64,000 nucleotides of DNA, from positions 2,427,793 through 2,491,792 of the forward strand of contig MU053493.1 in the NCBI GenBank assembly GCA_013239625.1, given 5' to 3'. Within the stretch, counting starts at the first letter, position 1. The number at the start of each line of letters is the position of its first letter. Positions 38,546-52,500 of the stretch are shown in pieces. The DNA comes from Lama guanicoe. Taxonomy: Eukaryota. The notes below the pieces were generated by a model. It was not told the origin of the DNA, ran no database searches, and worked only from the letters and a program-made list of their open reading frames with translations. The translations under genes were made by a program, and so were the position numbers.

Positions 38546-39440
38546 TGTATTTTTTTTTTACCTTATATTGTGTCATGAAATAAATTTCAGTTGGAGTAAA
38601 GATCTAAAAGTACAAAATAAAACCATTAAGTTACTGTAAGAAAATATAGAGAATTATTTCAATAACCTTTAATTGAGGCCACTCTAAGTATAAGATGGAT
38701 TAAAGAAATTATAAAAGATGGGTGGAATTAAGTGTATAAAATGTACAAATTTTCACAAGAGACTTCCTGAATGGATACCATTGGATTAAAGAAAGGAGTA
38801 GCTTCCATTTACATTTTTTCAGAGGCCAATGTAGTAGGCACTTCTGGGTAATCCCTCAACTCAACTGTTGTCTCTTATACCACACGGATCCACCCCTAGG
38901 CCTTGATCACCTTCCTGCCCATGTAGACAAGAGAGGCAGCAGAGGCCTCCCTGCAGACAAACAAGAGGGATAAAAGATGCACAAAGCGAGGGAAGACACA
39001 AACAGGGAACTGAGGACTAATGTTGGTCAAGTTCCTTGTTCCAGCTTTTCCCAAGGCCAAGATGTGCTCCTGACTTTGGGAACTGGGAGACACTCCAGTG
39101 CCCTTAAACTCTGTTACAACAAAAGATGCCTAAATGAATACATGTTATTAAAGATGTTTCTATTCCGTTGACTCAGTAAATCTACTTTTTGGAATCTTAA
39201 TTATAGAATCAGCTACAGACAAGAGACATTGATCCAATGATCCATACATTGAGTCCCTGCTATATGTCTGGCACTGATTAAGGCAATGTGGGACACAGTG
39301 TTTCCTAGGACTGAAGGTCACGGAAGCGTTATTTATAATAGCAGAAATCACTAAGGTTCATGTCCAATAACCAGGGACTGAATGTGGACTATTTACTCAA
39401 GATTACTTACATTAATGTTAATTAAGCATTAACACTCTAT

Positions 39441-40030
39441 TTGTTTTTACTGAAGTATAGTCAGTTTACAATGTTGTGTCAATTTCTGGTGTACAGCATA
39501 ATGTTTCAGTTGTACATACACATACATATATTCCTTTTCATATTCTTTTTCAATATAGGTTACTATAAGTTATTGAAAATATTTCCCTGTGCTAGAGAGA
39601 AGAAACTTGTTGTTTATCTATTTTATATAAGTAGTTAGTATCTGCAAATCTTAGACTCCCAGTTTATCCCTTCCTACCCTCTTTCCCTCCTAGTAACCAC
39701 AATTTTGTTTTCTATGTCTGCGAGTCTGTTCCTGTTTGCAAATAAGTTCATTTGTGTGTTTTTTTTTTAGATTCCACATATGAGTGATATCATATGGTAT
39801 TTTTCTTTCTCTTTGTGGTTTACTTCACTTAGAATGATGATCTCCAGTTCTACCTATGTTGCTGCAAATGGCATTATTTCATTCTTTTTTATGGCTGAAT
39901 AGTATTCCATCGTATAAATATACCACAACTTCTTTATCCAGTCATCTGTCAATGGACATTTAGGTTGTTTCCATGTCTTGGCTATTGTAAATAGTGCTGC
40001 TGTGAACACTGGGTTGCATGTGTCTTTTTG
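39441..40030 (-). mobile_element. Young L1 3' fragment
   Basis: tgaagtatagtcagtttacaatgttg...gttgctgcaaatggcattatttcattc...gtaaatagtgctgctgtgaacac. Confidence 0.9.
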
Positions 40031-41667
40031 CATTATATTTAGGATTATATTATATTAAGAATTACAAATATTCTAAATATAAAAGTCTTTTTAGAGGAGG
40101 TCATCTAGCCTACTTTGCTCTATTTGGTTTTAATCCTCATTATATATTGTCTATTGTATTTATTTTACCACTGTAAAATAAAATAGGAATCATTTACAAA
40201 ATCTAACCCACTAAAAATGTATGTTAATACCAAGGGGAAAAAACAACTCCAATCACTTGACAGACAGGGTTATTAGGCAAAACAGCCTCAGGAAATTTCA
40301 AAATGCTGTAGCCTTTTGTAAAGCACAGGACTCTTTTTTTAATTACATTATCATTAAAGACACTTACTAAACAGTCACTGAGGGAGGAAATTCTGTTGCG
40401 TGATGAATGTGATTTGTCTTACTCGGACAAATTAAACAATCATGTGCTGTGTTCTCAGTCACTGGCTCTTACCAAATGTTGCTTCTTTTCCAAGATTATT
40501 GTTATTAGCAAGTGTTCCGTTGACAACAATGACTTTTTTTTTAATCTTCAAACAATGTTTATGCCTTTTTGTTCTTTTTGCCCAGCGTCTCTATATTAAT
40601 TAACATTTCAGGTGGAAACAAATATACACAAATTATAATAGTCCACTTAGTTTCCAACAGAACTGTCTGAAAGATACTGAAAATATGGAAAATCAGCTTT
40701 AAAGGACAGGAGGTACACTCAAGGCCGAGACACTGGCAGTGTCAAAACATGACAAAACATGGTGGCCAGTAACACTAAAACAGTTGAAGAGCCAACATTT
40801 TCAATGTTCATCCTCAAGTTTCATGTTTTACTTATATCATTACAGTATACCTAAAATCTGGAAGGAAAAAAAAACGAGGTACAGCCTGAGTGGCTGTGAG
40901 GTGAACTGTTAGATTTTTGAGACACGAACGAGAAAAAGTGTCATTTTTCTAAAGTTCAACATTGTGCCTAAAAGGAATATTAGATCGCTATCATCATGAC
41001 CTTGTTTATGGGTCTATCTTGTCTATAGGGCCATCTAATTGAGAAAGCAAACTGTTTTGTGCTGTGCATTTCTCCCTGTGCTGGATATTAAATGAATTTT
41101 ATGATGGGTTTTTATTGTTACATTTATGCTCAATGATTTTCTCTTGGGAAAATCAGTTGTGGAACATCTTCAAAAATACACTGTCTACCAACCGAGTGGA
41201 GCCACAGGCATCTGTGTCTTGCAGGCAGGTCCTCTGTCTCCCCTGCTCTGCTCCCCTCAGAGCACTGTCTCGAACCCCACTGTGATGGTGATGATGATCT
41301 TATACCTGCTATCCACACCACCGTCCTTGCTCTAGGACAGCCTCAGACCTGATCACATCCTAACCTCTGGCCTCAGGAGGCAGGAAGGCTCCATTCCGCT
41401 GCTTTTCCTGGGAGTCCTGTGTACCTTTCAGCTCACTTGTCCCCATCCTCCATCCTGCTGCCTGATTCTAGAGGGCAGAATGGAATTACAGGACAGCTCT
41501 GCGTTGCATTGCCTCTTCAAGTCATCCTGAGGCACCTGCAGATTTGCACCCCTCTAGATACCTATATTTAGGTATCTAGAAAATCCTTCACATCGGCTCT
41601 AGGACAACCCAAGGATGTGTGTACGCTGTTACAACTCTTGGTGGACAGCCAAAAGTAGATTCACCAA

Positions 41668-41942
41668 CGTAGAAAACAAACTATGGTTAGCAAAGGGGAC
41701 AGGGCAGGGGAGGGAAAATTAAGAGTTTGGAATTAACAGACACACACATTACTGTATATAAAATAGATAAACAACAAGGGCCTGCTGCATAGCACAGTGA
41801 ATGATATTCAGTTTCCTATAATAACATATAATGGATAAGAATCTGGAAAAAAAATGTACATGCATAACTGAATCGCTTTGCTGTACACCTGAAGCTAACA
41901 CTGTAAATCGACTGCACTTCAATTAAGAAAACAAAACAAAAC
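41668..41942 (+). mobile_element. L1 3' fragment
   Basis: tagaaaacaaactatggtt...tatataaaatagataaacaacaagg...cttcaattaagaaaa. Confidence 0.85.
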
Positions 41943-42104
41943 AGAACTCTTGGTTTATAAAGTCATTGTCAGTCTTACAGGTGAAGCCCTAGACACCTTC
42001 CAGTCCTGCTGAATCTGACACATGACAAGAGGACAGACGATGCTACAAGAATATTTTATTAGAGAAATTCTCAAAGGGATTATTTTTCAAAGATTTTTAA
42101 AAAA

Positions 42105-43335
42105 ATAACAATTTTATTGAAATATTATTCATATACCATAAAAGTCAACTTCTTAAAGGGTAAAAATTCAGTGGTTTTTAGTATATTCACAAAGTGGTGC
42201 AACTGTCACCGCTGTCTAATTCCAGAACATTTTCAGGATCCCATTAAGAACCTCATTCCAATTAGCAGTCACTCTCCATCCTGTTCTCCTCCCCAACCTT
42301 CTAGTCCCTGAAACTATTAACCCACTTTCTGACTCTACACATTTGCCTAGTCTGGACATTTCTAATAAAATATGTGGCCCTTTGTGACTGGCTTCTTTTA
42401 TTTGGCTTAATGTTTTCAAGGTTCAACCAAGTCGTAGCAGATGTCAGTACCACAGTCATTTTTATGGCTGATGACATTCTGCTCTATGGATGGACTGCAA
42501 CTTGTTTATCCATCCATCAGCTGACGGGCACTGGGGTGATTATGAAACAACGCTGCTGTGAACGTTAACGTACAAGTTTTTGGGTGGACATATGTTTTCA
42601 GTTCTCCTATGTAAATACCCCTAGGGATGGTGTTGTGGGGTCGTGTGGTAACTATATGTTTAATATTTTTAGGAACTGCCAACATCTTTCCGCAGCAGCT
42701 TTCACATTCACACCAGCATACAGAAGAGTTCCAATTTCCCCACTTTCTAGTCAACACTTGGTACTGTTCATTGTGATCACAGCCAACTGAGTGGGTGTGA
42801 AGTGGCATCTCAGTGTGATTTGGAGTCGCATTTCCCTGACAACCAGTGATGCTGAGCTTCTTCTCACAGGCCTAGTGTCCATTTGAATATTTTCTCTGGA
42901 GAACTGTCTATTCAAGTCCTTTGCCATTTTTAAAATTGGGTTGCCTTTTTCATAGTTGATTTGTAAGAGTTCTTTACATATTCTGGATACTAGACACTTA
43001 TTAGATATGCTTTGCAAATATTTTTTTCCATTTCGAGAGTTGTCTTTTGACTTTACTAATGGTTCCTTTGAAGGATGAAAGTTTGTAACATTGATGAGCT
43101 TTAATGTCTCTATTTTTTCTTTTGTCCCTTATGCCTTTGGTGTCACATCTAAGAAACTATTGCTTATTCCAATGTCATGAAGAAAACATTCCTGTGTTTT
43201 CTTACGAGTTTTGCAGTTTTACTTCTTAAATTTAGAGGTATAATCTATTTTGAGTTAATTTTTGTGTATGGAGTAAAAAAGGAGTCCAACCTAATAAATT
43301 GCACATGGGTCTCCATTTGTCCCAGTGCCTTTGGT
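42105..43335 (-). mobile_element. Old L1 (L1MB-like) ORF2 end and 3'UTR
   Basis: tttattgaaatattattcatataccataaaa 3' end; ORF remnant KCLVSRICKELLQI...KMAKDLNRQFSRENIQM. Confidence 0.85.
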
Positions 43336-43354
43336 TGAGGTCCAGGTGACTTTT

Positions 43355-43602
43355 CTTGTTTGTTTGTTTGTTTGTTTTGCATTTTTAAAATTGTAGTATA
43401 GTCAGTTTACAATATGTCAGTTTCTGGTGTACAGCATAATGTTTCAGTCATCCATATACAAACATATATTACTTTTCATATTCTCTTCCATTATAGGTTA
43501 CTACAAGATGTTGAATATAGTTCTCTGTGCTACACAGAAGAGTTTTTCTATTTTATACATAGTAGTTAGTATCTGCAAATCTCAAATTCCCAATTTGTCC
43601 CT
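43355..43602 (-). mobile_element. Young L1 3' fragment
   Basis: TSD-like ccaggtgactt / ccaagtgactt, with a (TTTG)n tail. Confidence 0.85.
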
Positions 43603-44614
43603 CCAAGTGACTTCGATGTGAGCCTTTAGTTAAAAAACACTGCTGTCTAGTCCAACACCTCTAGGGTCTTAATTTTACAGATAAGAAATTTTAGGCCCAG
43701 AGAGATAAAGTTAAAACTGCTCTGTATTTGGAATAAAGGAAGTCATAGAAAAAAAAATAAAAAGGAAAACTTGGTTCTCTTTGTTTTAGAATTTTGAGAT
43801 GGAGGCAAATGTGACCATATCAGGATACAAACATTATAATGCAGGAAGAAGATCAGAAATATACAAAGTGGCGTGGGATCACAGAGAAGGGCCTGACTAA
43901 GAAACTAGCTGGTGATTTAAGCTAAGATCCCTCAGCGGGGGTCGTTCTCCCAGGAAAAAGCTCACTGATGAAACCTTTAGACGGGGACGCTGTGGGAAGC
44001 ACACACAGGCACTGGTGCGGTGGGTTCTGAAATTGGGGCCACAGGAAACAGGGTGAGAGGGGGCAGGGCATCACCTGGGTCTCAGCAGGAAAGGGACACC
44101 ACCAGATCTATGCTTGAGAAATCACCCACTGGCTGTAGGGATGAGGGATCCTAGTCGGCAGAGCCTGGAGGAAGGAAGGCTTAAGGAGATTCCTTTAACA
44201 ATCAGGGTCCAGAGCAGAGTCCTTGGCCCACAATGGGTTTCTGATGCATCTGGCAGATAAGCACTGTTGGGCTGCAACAGTCTTCAAAACATCTTGAACT
44301 TCAGTGCCTGATGGGAAGGAGGGGCAGCCACCTCTCAAATGTCCTGGCCTGTAAGCATTTTGGTTGGGGATCTGCACCTAAAAGGAGGTGGAAACCACGT
44401 GGAGAGAGAGAAGATAACGCTGACCCCTCTTGGAGAGTGGGCTGACCTGGCTCTGCTCCGAAAGAACAGGGTGGGGTTAATCTTGGGGCTTCGGCGAGCC
44501 CCGCCCACACCGAACCTCCTAGAAGGACCACAAAGGTTTTGCTGAGCCTGCTGCTCTCAGCAGTTTGCACTGCTGGTTTCTGGCCTCTCGTGACAAGAAG
44601 AAAAATACATACAG

Positions 44615-44858
44615 TTTGGGGTGGGGGGGGACAAATTGGGAGTTTGGGATTAGCAAATACAAACTACTATAAATAAAATAGATAAACAACAAGGACCTAG
44701 TATATATAGCACAGGGAACTACATTCAATACCTTGTAACAGCCTATAACAAAAAAGAATATGAAAAATAATATATATTTATGTATAACCAAATTGCTATG
44801 CTGTTTACCAGAAACTAACACAACACTGTAAATCAACTATATTTCAATTTAAAAAAAT
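44615..44858 (+). mobile_element. L1 3' fragment
   Basis: gggacaaattgggagtttgggattagcaaatac...gtaaatcaactatatttcaatt and poly-A. Confidence 0.87.
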
Positions 44859-45039
44859 ACAGTCTTTCAAAATGTCCTGTGAACTATATATTTGTTTCCT
44901 GCTGAAGGTCTAAGACAGAAAGCTTTGGAAAGTAGACCTTTCAGTTGCCTGGGAAGCAAAGGTTCTTGTAAACCACAGGCTTCAACTTTTCCAAAGTTTT
45001 CTGGAGATCCTGGTGTTGGTCAGTGATATGATATTGATT

Positions 45040-45180
45040 ATTTATTTAATTATATTTAAAAAGATTTGGGGGGAGGAATTAGGTTTATTTATTTATTTTT
45101 ACAGGGAGGCACTGGGGATTGAACCCTGGACCCCATGCATGCTAAGCACGCGCTCTACCACTGAGCTCTACCCTCCCCTC
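45040..45180 (-). mobile_element. tRNA-Ala-derived SINE (Vic-1-like)
   Basis: ggggattgaaccctggacc...gctaagcacgcgctctaccactgagctctaccctcccc, flanked by atattga repeats. Confidence 0.9.
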
Positions 45181-46827
45181 AATATTGACTTTTATTTGTC
45201 TGAAACTGATATCCCTCAAAAGATGTCTCTCTCTCTCTCCAGATTAGAAAGATGTACCCTAGTTTCTATGTAACACTGTAACACTCAGTTCTCTTTTGAA
45301 CTTTGTCCACCCCAGTTCTTCCTGGAGAGTGGAGGTTCCTGGAAGACAGGGACTGCATCCCATTTGGTTCAGTCATCCAGGACCTTAACAGGTCCCCAGC
45401 CCCAGGTGGCAGTCAGGGCTGAGTTGTCAGGACTGTCATCTGTAAGCTCTTTTCAGCTCCAGTCCTCAGGGCCAGGCTCAGCTCCATAGGGCTCTCATTG
45501 GTGCAGGAAGGAACCTGGAATCTGGCCCTGAGGGTTTCCAGATCTTTCTGTAGGGCTGGTGTTGTACCCAGGAGTTCTGCTGTCTTGTCCCCACCCCCAC
45601 ACTTCCTCTCAGTTACTTGCTCAGGGGCTTCCTCTCCTCCAGACCCTTGCTACCTGCACCCTGCTATGCCTTCCTGGGTACAGAGGGTACATCTGTATTT
45701 TATTTATCATTCCTTTTAACTTTTTGCTTTACAAACACCTGTATTTTGTTTGTAAATCTCTCTTCCAAAATTAAAACAGAAGTTATATAATAAAAAGCAA
45801 ATGTTAAGCTAAATTTAGAAGGCTAAACATAGACCTTTTTCTCCTCGTTCTCCAGGAGTGACACAACATGGCCCTTTTCCACTCCATGATTTGAAGGTTC
45901 GGGAAACCATGAAAGCTCATGTCAGCTAAGGTCTTCAGAATTTGCTTGAGTTGGGATCTGCAAGTGAATTTTAATGGGATAAGCAATTTGTAACAAGATC
46001 AGAAAACTGTTCAAGGACAAGATTAGACAGCTGTTTTTCTTGGGGTTTTGCTACACGAATCAACACCAATCCCTCTGGCAGGATAAGAATTACTCTCGGC
46101 AGTCACTGACAGCAGCAAATGCTGAGATATTAATGAAGAGCATCCATTTAAAGTCTAAGTGCCCGTTGGATGAAGCAGATGATTCTTACAGACACTGACG
46201 TAAAACTCAACAGTTTCGCCAGTTCATTGAAAATTTCACGCTGCCAGGTCTGGTGAGACCTCAAAATACAGTGTTCCCCAAAGTATGGGCTGCAGCTTCC
46301 TTCCACTTCAGAGAGATTTTTACATGGAAAGAAATTTGCAGTATTTGTAAGAAGAAGTACATTTGTTATTTGTAAGAATTATTCTCAGAGATATGTGGCA
46401 AGTAAACGAGTGAATGAAGATGCATGCCCATGGTGAAACACCTGAAAACCACCTGCCAACACCCAGAGGGATGCTGATCTGGACACACAGGAGCCCTGCC
46501 AGGGAGGAAAACCGGTGAAGTGGTAACAATCGGGCAACGTCTGGTGCAAGGCTGAGCCGGACATCACTGCCAAGACCAAACAGTAAGTGGACCTGGCCCT
46601 CAAGAGCTGTAAAAGCTGCTGGAAAATGCAGAGAAGAAGTGAGGGGTGAATTAGAGAGACAAACAGAAAAGTTAAAAAAAAACAGAAGGAAGTAGAGGGT
46701 TGGAGAGAAACAGGCATCCAGTCTTGTTCAGGACAGACTCTGGTCACCAGGCAATGTGCGAGGAACTGGGGACGTGAGGTGTCTACTAAGAGAAGCTATC
46801 TCCCCTTGACTGATAAGGAGACAGAAA

Positions 46828-47301
46828 TGTAACCAAGCAGGACCCCAGGGGGGCCTTCCAGGGTCAGATCCCTCCCCCATATCCTCTGCTGCAGCTCCTC
46901 TCTGAACCCAGATAATAGTAGGTCATGTACATTTTCTGAGTTTTTCAGATGCTTAAAACCACCATCAAAGGGAAGAAATTAACTACTTGATGATCAAGAG
47001 GAGGTGGCCCCCAGATGTCCTGGCACCTAAGGGTTGATAGTATTGACCACCCTGTTCCCTCAACATCAACCAATCAGAGAATTGTGCACAAGCTGATCTC
47101 ATACCCTTGACCCCTCTCCCTTGACTGGCCTTTAAATATGCTTTGCTGAAACCCTTTGGGGAGTTCGGGGATTTCTTAGGCATGAGCCACCCCATCCTCC
47201 TTGCTCGGGCCTGCAATAAACCTTTCTCTGCTCCAAACTTTGATGTTTCAGTTTGTTTGGCCTCATGGTTAGGTGGGCACATGAACTTGCCTTCGGTAAC
47301 A
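46828..47301 (+). mobile_element. ERV1-type solo LTR (474 bp)
   Basis: TGTAACC...GGTAACA termini with 4-bp TSD gaaa (46824-46827 / 47302-47305). CCAAT near 47070, TATA-like tttaaata at 47131, AATAAA at 47215. Confidence 0.88.
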
Positions 47302-48619
47302 GAAACAGACTGGCAGCTAACAACTGCAAAGGCAGGCTTCCAGCAGAGGCACTGGGAGAAAGGAAACAGAGTTGACACCAGCTCTGATGTAAATGCAGCT
47401 TGAAACATCTTCTCTTTTTCGTTCAGCGATCTGACACCTTCCCCTTTTCAAAAATAGCAGCATATTAATTCCCTGTTAAATCTGCTCTTTGAGATGTGCC
47501 TGTGTGTCTGGCGTGACTTTGTCCCCGTGTCACCTGGTCCTGCCCCCAACTTTCCTGTTCCTCCTGTAACACCCACCTAAATTTCAGCACACTTCCCTCG
47601 CAAATTCAGCCTGTGCTTAAGTCATTAGCTATATTTAGAGCTTGCCTTCACCCTTACGGAAACACAAAGGAGAGCTGCGATCATGGCTGTGTTTTGTTTA
47701 TGAAGAAAAAGTGTCCACTCTTCGTCAGTGAGTTTTAGTATATCATTTGTGTATTGGAACTCAGCTTTGACAGACGCAGAATAGGATTTGACAACTCCAC
47801 GCTGGTCGGAAAACAAGCAGGCAGCATTCTTCATTTTATTGTGTGAGCTTCCCACGCAGCGTGTCATGTGGAATTTGTGTGGGATTTTACTTACTATCGA
47901 GCAAAAGCTGTCCTTAGCAGATATTTCATGCGGGAAAGAAAACAGGCTGCTTTCATAGGAGTCAAATGTCACATCAGAAAATAGTACTCTGGAATGTTTG
48001 GAAAGCATTCCAATGCTTTGGATCCACTGAAAAATATAATATGCCCTTCACAACAACCAATTAACTGAAGGGGTGAGGCACATTTAATAAAAATGCAGCT
48101 GCCTTCTGGTTGGAAGTGAGCTGTCAGGAACCTGCAGGAGGAGACGAGGCATCCTCACCCCCAGGCTGTCTCCAGTGGCCACCTGCCCTAACCCGACATG
48201 GCCCGGGGGACAGCGGGGCCCTGGTGCACAAGGGTCTGCAGGGAGCCAGCATCTGAAGCCCTGGGCCTCCCCGGGAAAGAAAAACACTCAAACTCTGGCC
48301 AAGGGCGTCGTCTTTCAGTCCCTGTTCTAACCATGTGGGTGCTCAAAGGTGCCTGTGCGTCTTGCTGCTTCTGTGATCCACAGGTCTTCCTGCAAGACCA
48401 GCTGAACTGGGCTTACGACATTTATTCAGGACAAATAAGATAAATTATGTACTTATCAATGCAAAAAATAGGAACAGCAATTTCTGACTGGCCAGTGAAA
48501 CTCCCCTGGACACAAGAAACTTCAACCCATCGGAGTGGAGGGATGCCCAGATCAGACGCACTGACTGCCTGTGACCAGTATTAGAAGTTGGTCTTCAACT
48601 GTAAAAGCCAGTGGCAATG

Positions 48620-49332
48620 CACTATGGAAAACAGTATGGAGATTCCTCAAAAGACTAGGAATAGACTTACCATATGACCCAGGAATCCCACTCCTGGGCT
48701 TATATCCAGAAGGAACCCTACTTCAGGATGACACCTGCACTCCAATGTTCATAGCAGCACTATTTACAATAGCCAAGACACAGAAACAGCCTAAATGTCC
48801 ATCAATGGATAACTGGATAAAGAAGATGTGGTACATTTATACAATGGAATACTATTCAGCCATAAAAACCGACAACATAATGCCATTTACAGCAACATGG
48901 ATGCTCCTGGAGACTGTCATTCTAAGTGAAGTAAGCCAGAAAGAGAAAGGAAAATACCATATGAGATCGCTTATATGTGGAATCTAAAAAACAAAAACAA
49001 AAAAACAAAGCATAAATACAAAACAGAAATAGACTCAGATATAGAATACAAACTTGTGGTTGCCAAGGGGGCGGAGGGTGGGAAGGGATAGATGGGGTTT
49101 CAAAATTGTAGAATAGATAAACAAGATTATACTGTAAAGCACAGGGAAATATACACAAGATCTTATGGTAGCTAGATCTTATGGCACAGAGAAAAAAATG
49201 TGACAATGAATATATGTATGTTCATGTATAACTGAAAAATTGTGCTCTACACTGGAATTTGTCACAACATTGTAAAATGATTATAAATCAATAAAAAATG
49301 TTAAAAAAAGAACAAAAAACAAACAAACAAAC
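48620..49332 (+). mobile_element. Young L1, 5'-truncated (ORF2 C-terminus and 3'UTR)
   Basis: [29 protein letters not shown]...CTPMFIAALFTIAK. 17-bp TSD aaaagccagtggcaatg / aaaagccaatggcaatg. Confidence 0.95.
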
Positions 49333-49371
49333 AAAAGCCAATGGCAATGGATGAACAAGAAATCACCAGAG

Positions 49372-49595
49372 GGGTCTGCAGGTACACACTACTGTATATA
49401 AAATAGACAAACAACAAGGTCCTACTGTAGAGCTCCAGGAACTATATTCAATGCCTTGTAATGTCCTATAATGAAAAAGAATATGAAAAGGAATATATAT
49501 ATGTGGTTATGGATAACTGAATCACTGTGCTGTACACCAGAAATTAACACAGCATTGTAAATCAACTCTACTTCAATTAAAAAAGAAAGAAAGAA
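49372..49595 (+). mobile_element. L1 3' fragment
   Basis: cactactgtatataaaatagacaaacaacaagg...cttcaattaaaaaag, flanked by aagaaatca repeats. Confidence 0.85.
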
Positions 49596-52500
49596 AAGAA
49601 ATCAACTGAGAAAAACGAATTACCTGTGTGACAGACTCACAAGAGGTGACGAGGGAAAACTGTAAGCCTGTTTGTCGAATGTCGAGGCAGGCATCCCTGG
49701 AGAGAGGCTGCCTTCACATCACCAGAGCAGCCCCCGTGGCTCAAGAACAAGAAAATTATTTCTCCCCCTCCCCACGATGTGGGCATTCTGGGTGGAGTTC
49801 TCCACTCCTTCCACAAGCTCCTCGGGTGTATATATCCCCTTGAAAACTGTCTCAGTGTGTAAAAAAAAAAAAAAGTGTTTTAAAAATTTCTAAGAACCAG
49901 CAGAGGAGTCGAGCGACAGCTCCTAACTCCTTCTTTGTAAGTTTCCAGGCCTTGAAACTAACTGGTCAGTTACAAGGTTGGAGGCTCTGCCCAGGGGTTG
50001 CACCAAGGCTTGAGGGTAAAAGCAGAAATGGTTGCTGAGGAGGCTTCGTTCCCTTTCCCGGCATTTTCTGGCTTCGTACAGCATCTGCGCGAGCCCTCGT
50101 GCTGGTCCCGAGCGTGCGGCTCAGGCTCCACGACCAGGCTACTCTGCGCCATTGATGCATCGAGAGGCTGGCTCTCGCTCCACCCCCAGCCAAGCACAGG
50201 GTCTGCCCAGAGCAGTACACAACACATGCTGATGCAAAGATGGCAAGGCAGGGAAAAACAGATCAAGAGAATGAAACAGCCAACCATGTCTGGCTTTGGC
50301 CAACGCTAGGTTCCCAATGTTTGAGAAAATGAACCCCCTAAGGAAAACAGCCCCAATTTAAGTTTTTTTCAACTTACTATATAGACTGGTTTTGAGGCCC
50401 TAAGAGAAAGATTTTGTTACTGCTAATGAAGTTGGCAAAATTTTGCAAAAGGAAAGGTTTTTACCTTGGGGAAAAAAAATCTGAAACAAACAAACAAAGT
50501 AATGAGTAGAAACTAGCCTTAGCAGATAAAAAAACATATTACGAAGCTTCAACATCAATGTAGTTTGCAATTGGAGAAGAAATAAACAAGATGGATCACT
50601 GGATCACAATAAAGGATACCAAATCTGTAAGAGAATTTAATTTACTATAAAGGCATACAATAAAGTTATATTACATTACTATAAACGTAGCATTTCAAGG
50701 AAAGCGATTATACAACAAATGTGATTCAATGTAACTAGGCAGCTATCTGGAAAAAATAAAGGCAGATTCCACTCATTCTTTGTAGCAAAATTAACTTTGG
50801 ATGAATCAAAGTTTCTAATGTAAAAATGAAGCCATAAGAGACAGCTTGAGTGAACAGGAAATATGTGAATAAACTCAGAGACTGGAAGGATGGTCTCTTT
50901 CTACACAGGACATCAGCTCAAAATCAAACAAGCCGGGAAGACATTTACAACACAGATACAAAGGGCTAACTTCCTTCATTTAGAAAGTGCTCATACAAAC
51001 AAGAAATAAATAAACCAACAGAGTAACAGGGGATGCATACAGAAAATTTCCAGGGAGAGGAATACAAATCTCAAAGCCAAAACAAAACAAAACAATCCTA
51101 AAATGATGCTTGACTTCACATATATTTAAAGACGTAAAAATCAAATAAATAATGAGATACCATTTATTGTACCCGTCGCACCGCAACACCGTGGGAGAGC
51201 CTGCAGTAACTCACTGAGACGCTGTCAAGGGGGGTATGGAGTAAATGTAACGTTTCTGGGGAATTTGGCAGTGTTTATCGAAATTTAGAAAACATGTATC
51301 TCAGCAATCCCTGGACCACAGAGAATTTACCCTCCAGATAGACACACTCCCACAACTGGAGTTCCGCTCTAAGGTCAAGGTTGCAGAAGCCACAGTGCTG
51401 TTTCCAGGTCATCACTCACACTATCCTCAGATCAACCCCACATCCCACTGACACAGCTGGGTACGCACATGGATCCCCCCACCGGATCCCCCACTGGGTG
51501 CCCCGTGTGGACACTGTGACTACGAGGCTCATGGCGTGGCACTGCCACCTGAAAGTCACCTCACTGGGCTTCAGCATCTTGAAGGCAGGGCTTGTCCTTC
51601 CATCCTTATCAAATATTTATATAGCCCAGAGCCGGTATGCACAATAAAGTGCTGAATGAATGAATGTGTAAACACATTAAATCAGCTAACTAGAAATAAA
51701 TACCAGTGGGCAGATCAGACAGGACTGAAACACAGGGGAAATGTTTAAAAGAGAGATAAAATCTTAGAATAGTTCTCTAATGAATTTAACATGGGTCTTG
51801 AGTGTAAGACCGATTTTTATATGTATGCAAAACGACCTTACAATAATTCACACGGCAACATGAGCAGACCGTAATGCATCATACGAATTTAGCAGGCTGG
51901 GTTAGATTTGATGGAACCAAAGACTCTTCAGCTTCACAGGCTAGCTTGTTAAATAACTGTGTTCCTGTAAACAGGCAGGCTAGATGTATTGTGCCCCTGG
52001 GAAACTTCTCTGGAATGAACACAGAAAATGCTACTGTTGGTGAGCCCTGTTAGCTGGCGGCTGAATGTTGACCTAAAAGGGAAAGGCTTGCCCTCCAGAT
52101 TTTACATAACATGCCCTGATCAATCTCCGTCAGGGGAGCTGTCCCTGGCGGGGCTGTGACAGAGTCTCGCCAGCCTGCCTCAGCCAAATCAAGGCTGACC
52201 TCCTCCACCTGCTGTGGGCCAGAGCACAACGTTCAACTGAAGACAAAGGCAAGGAGAAGGATAACAAAGGATGGGGGAATTAACACAACGGGCAAGTTTA
52301 GAGACATCTATTCAGATCAAGAGAGGAAACCACAGCCGGGCATGTGTGATCACCTGTCCCTGGTCACCAGGGACCTCGTGGCCGGCCTGGAGCAGCAGGG
52401 GTGTCCCCCAGACTCGAGCTCAAGTATCAGGGAGGGGCATTCCCGAAAGGTCCACTCTGAATACTCTGCAGTGTGTCTACCTGGCAAGGGGAAGGAAAGA

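Noticed and set aside
47625..48008. 127-aa minus-strand ORF in unique sequence
   Set aside because: No recognisable domain or ZO-1 similarity, and no clear splice signals. Its length is compatible with chance.
48571..48987. 138-aa ORF as a functional gene
   Set aside because: It is the C-terminal remnant of L1 ORF2 in a 5'-truncated copy. The same applies to 32810-33103 and 53349-53666.
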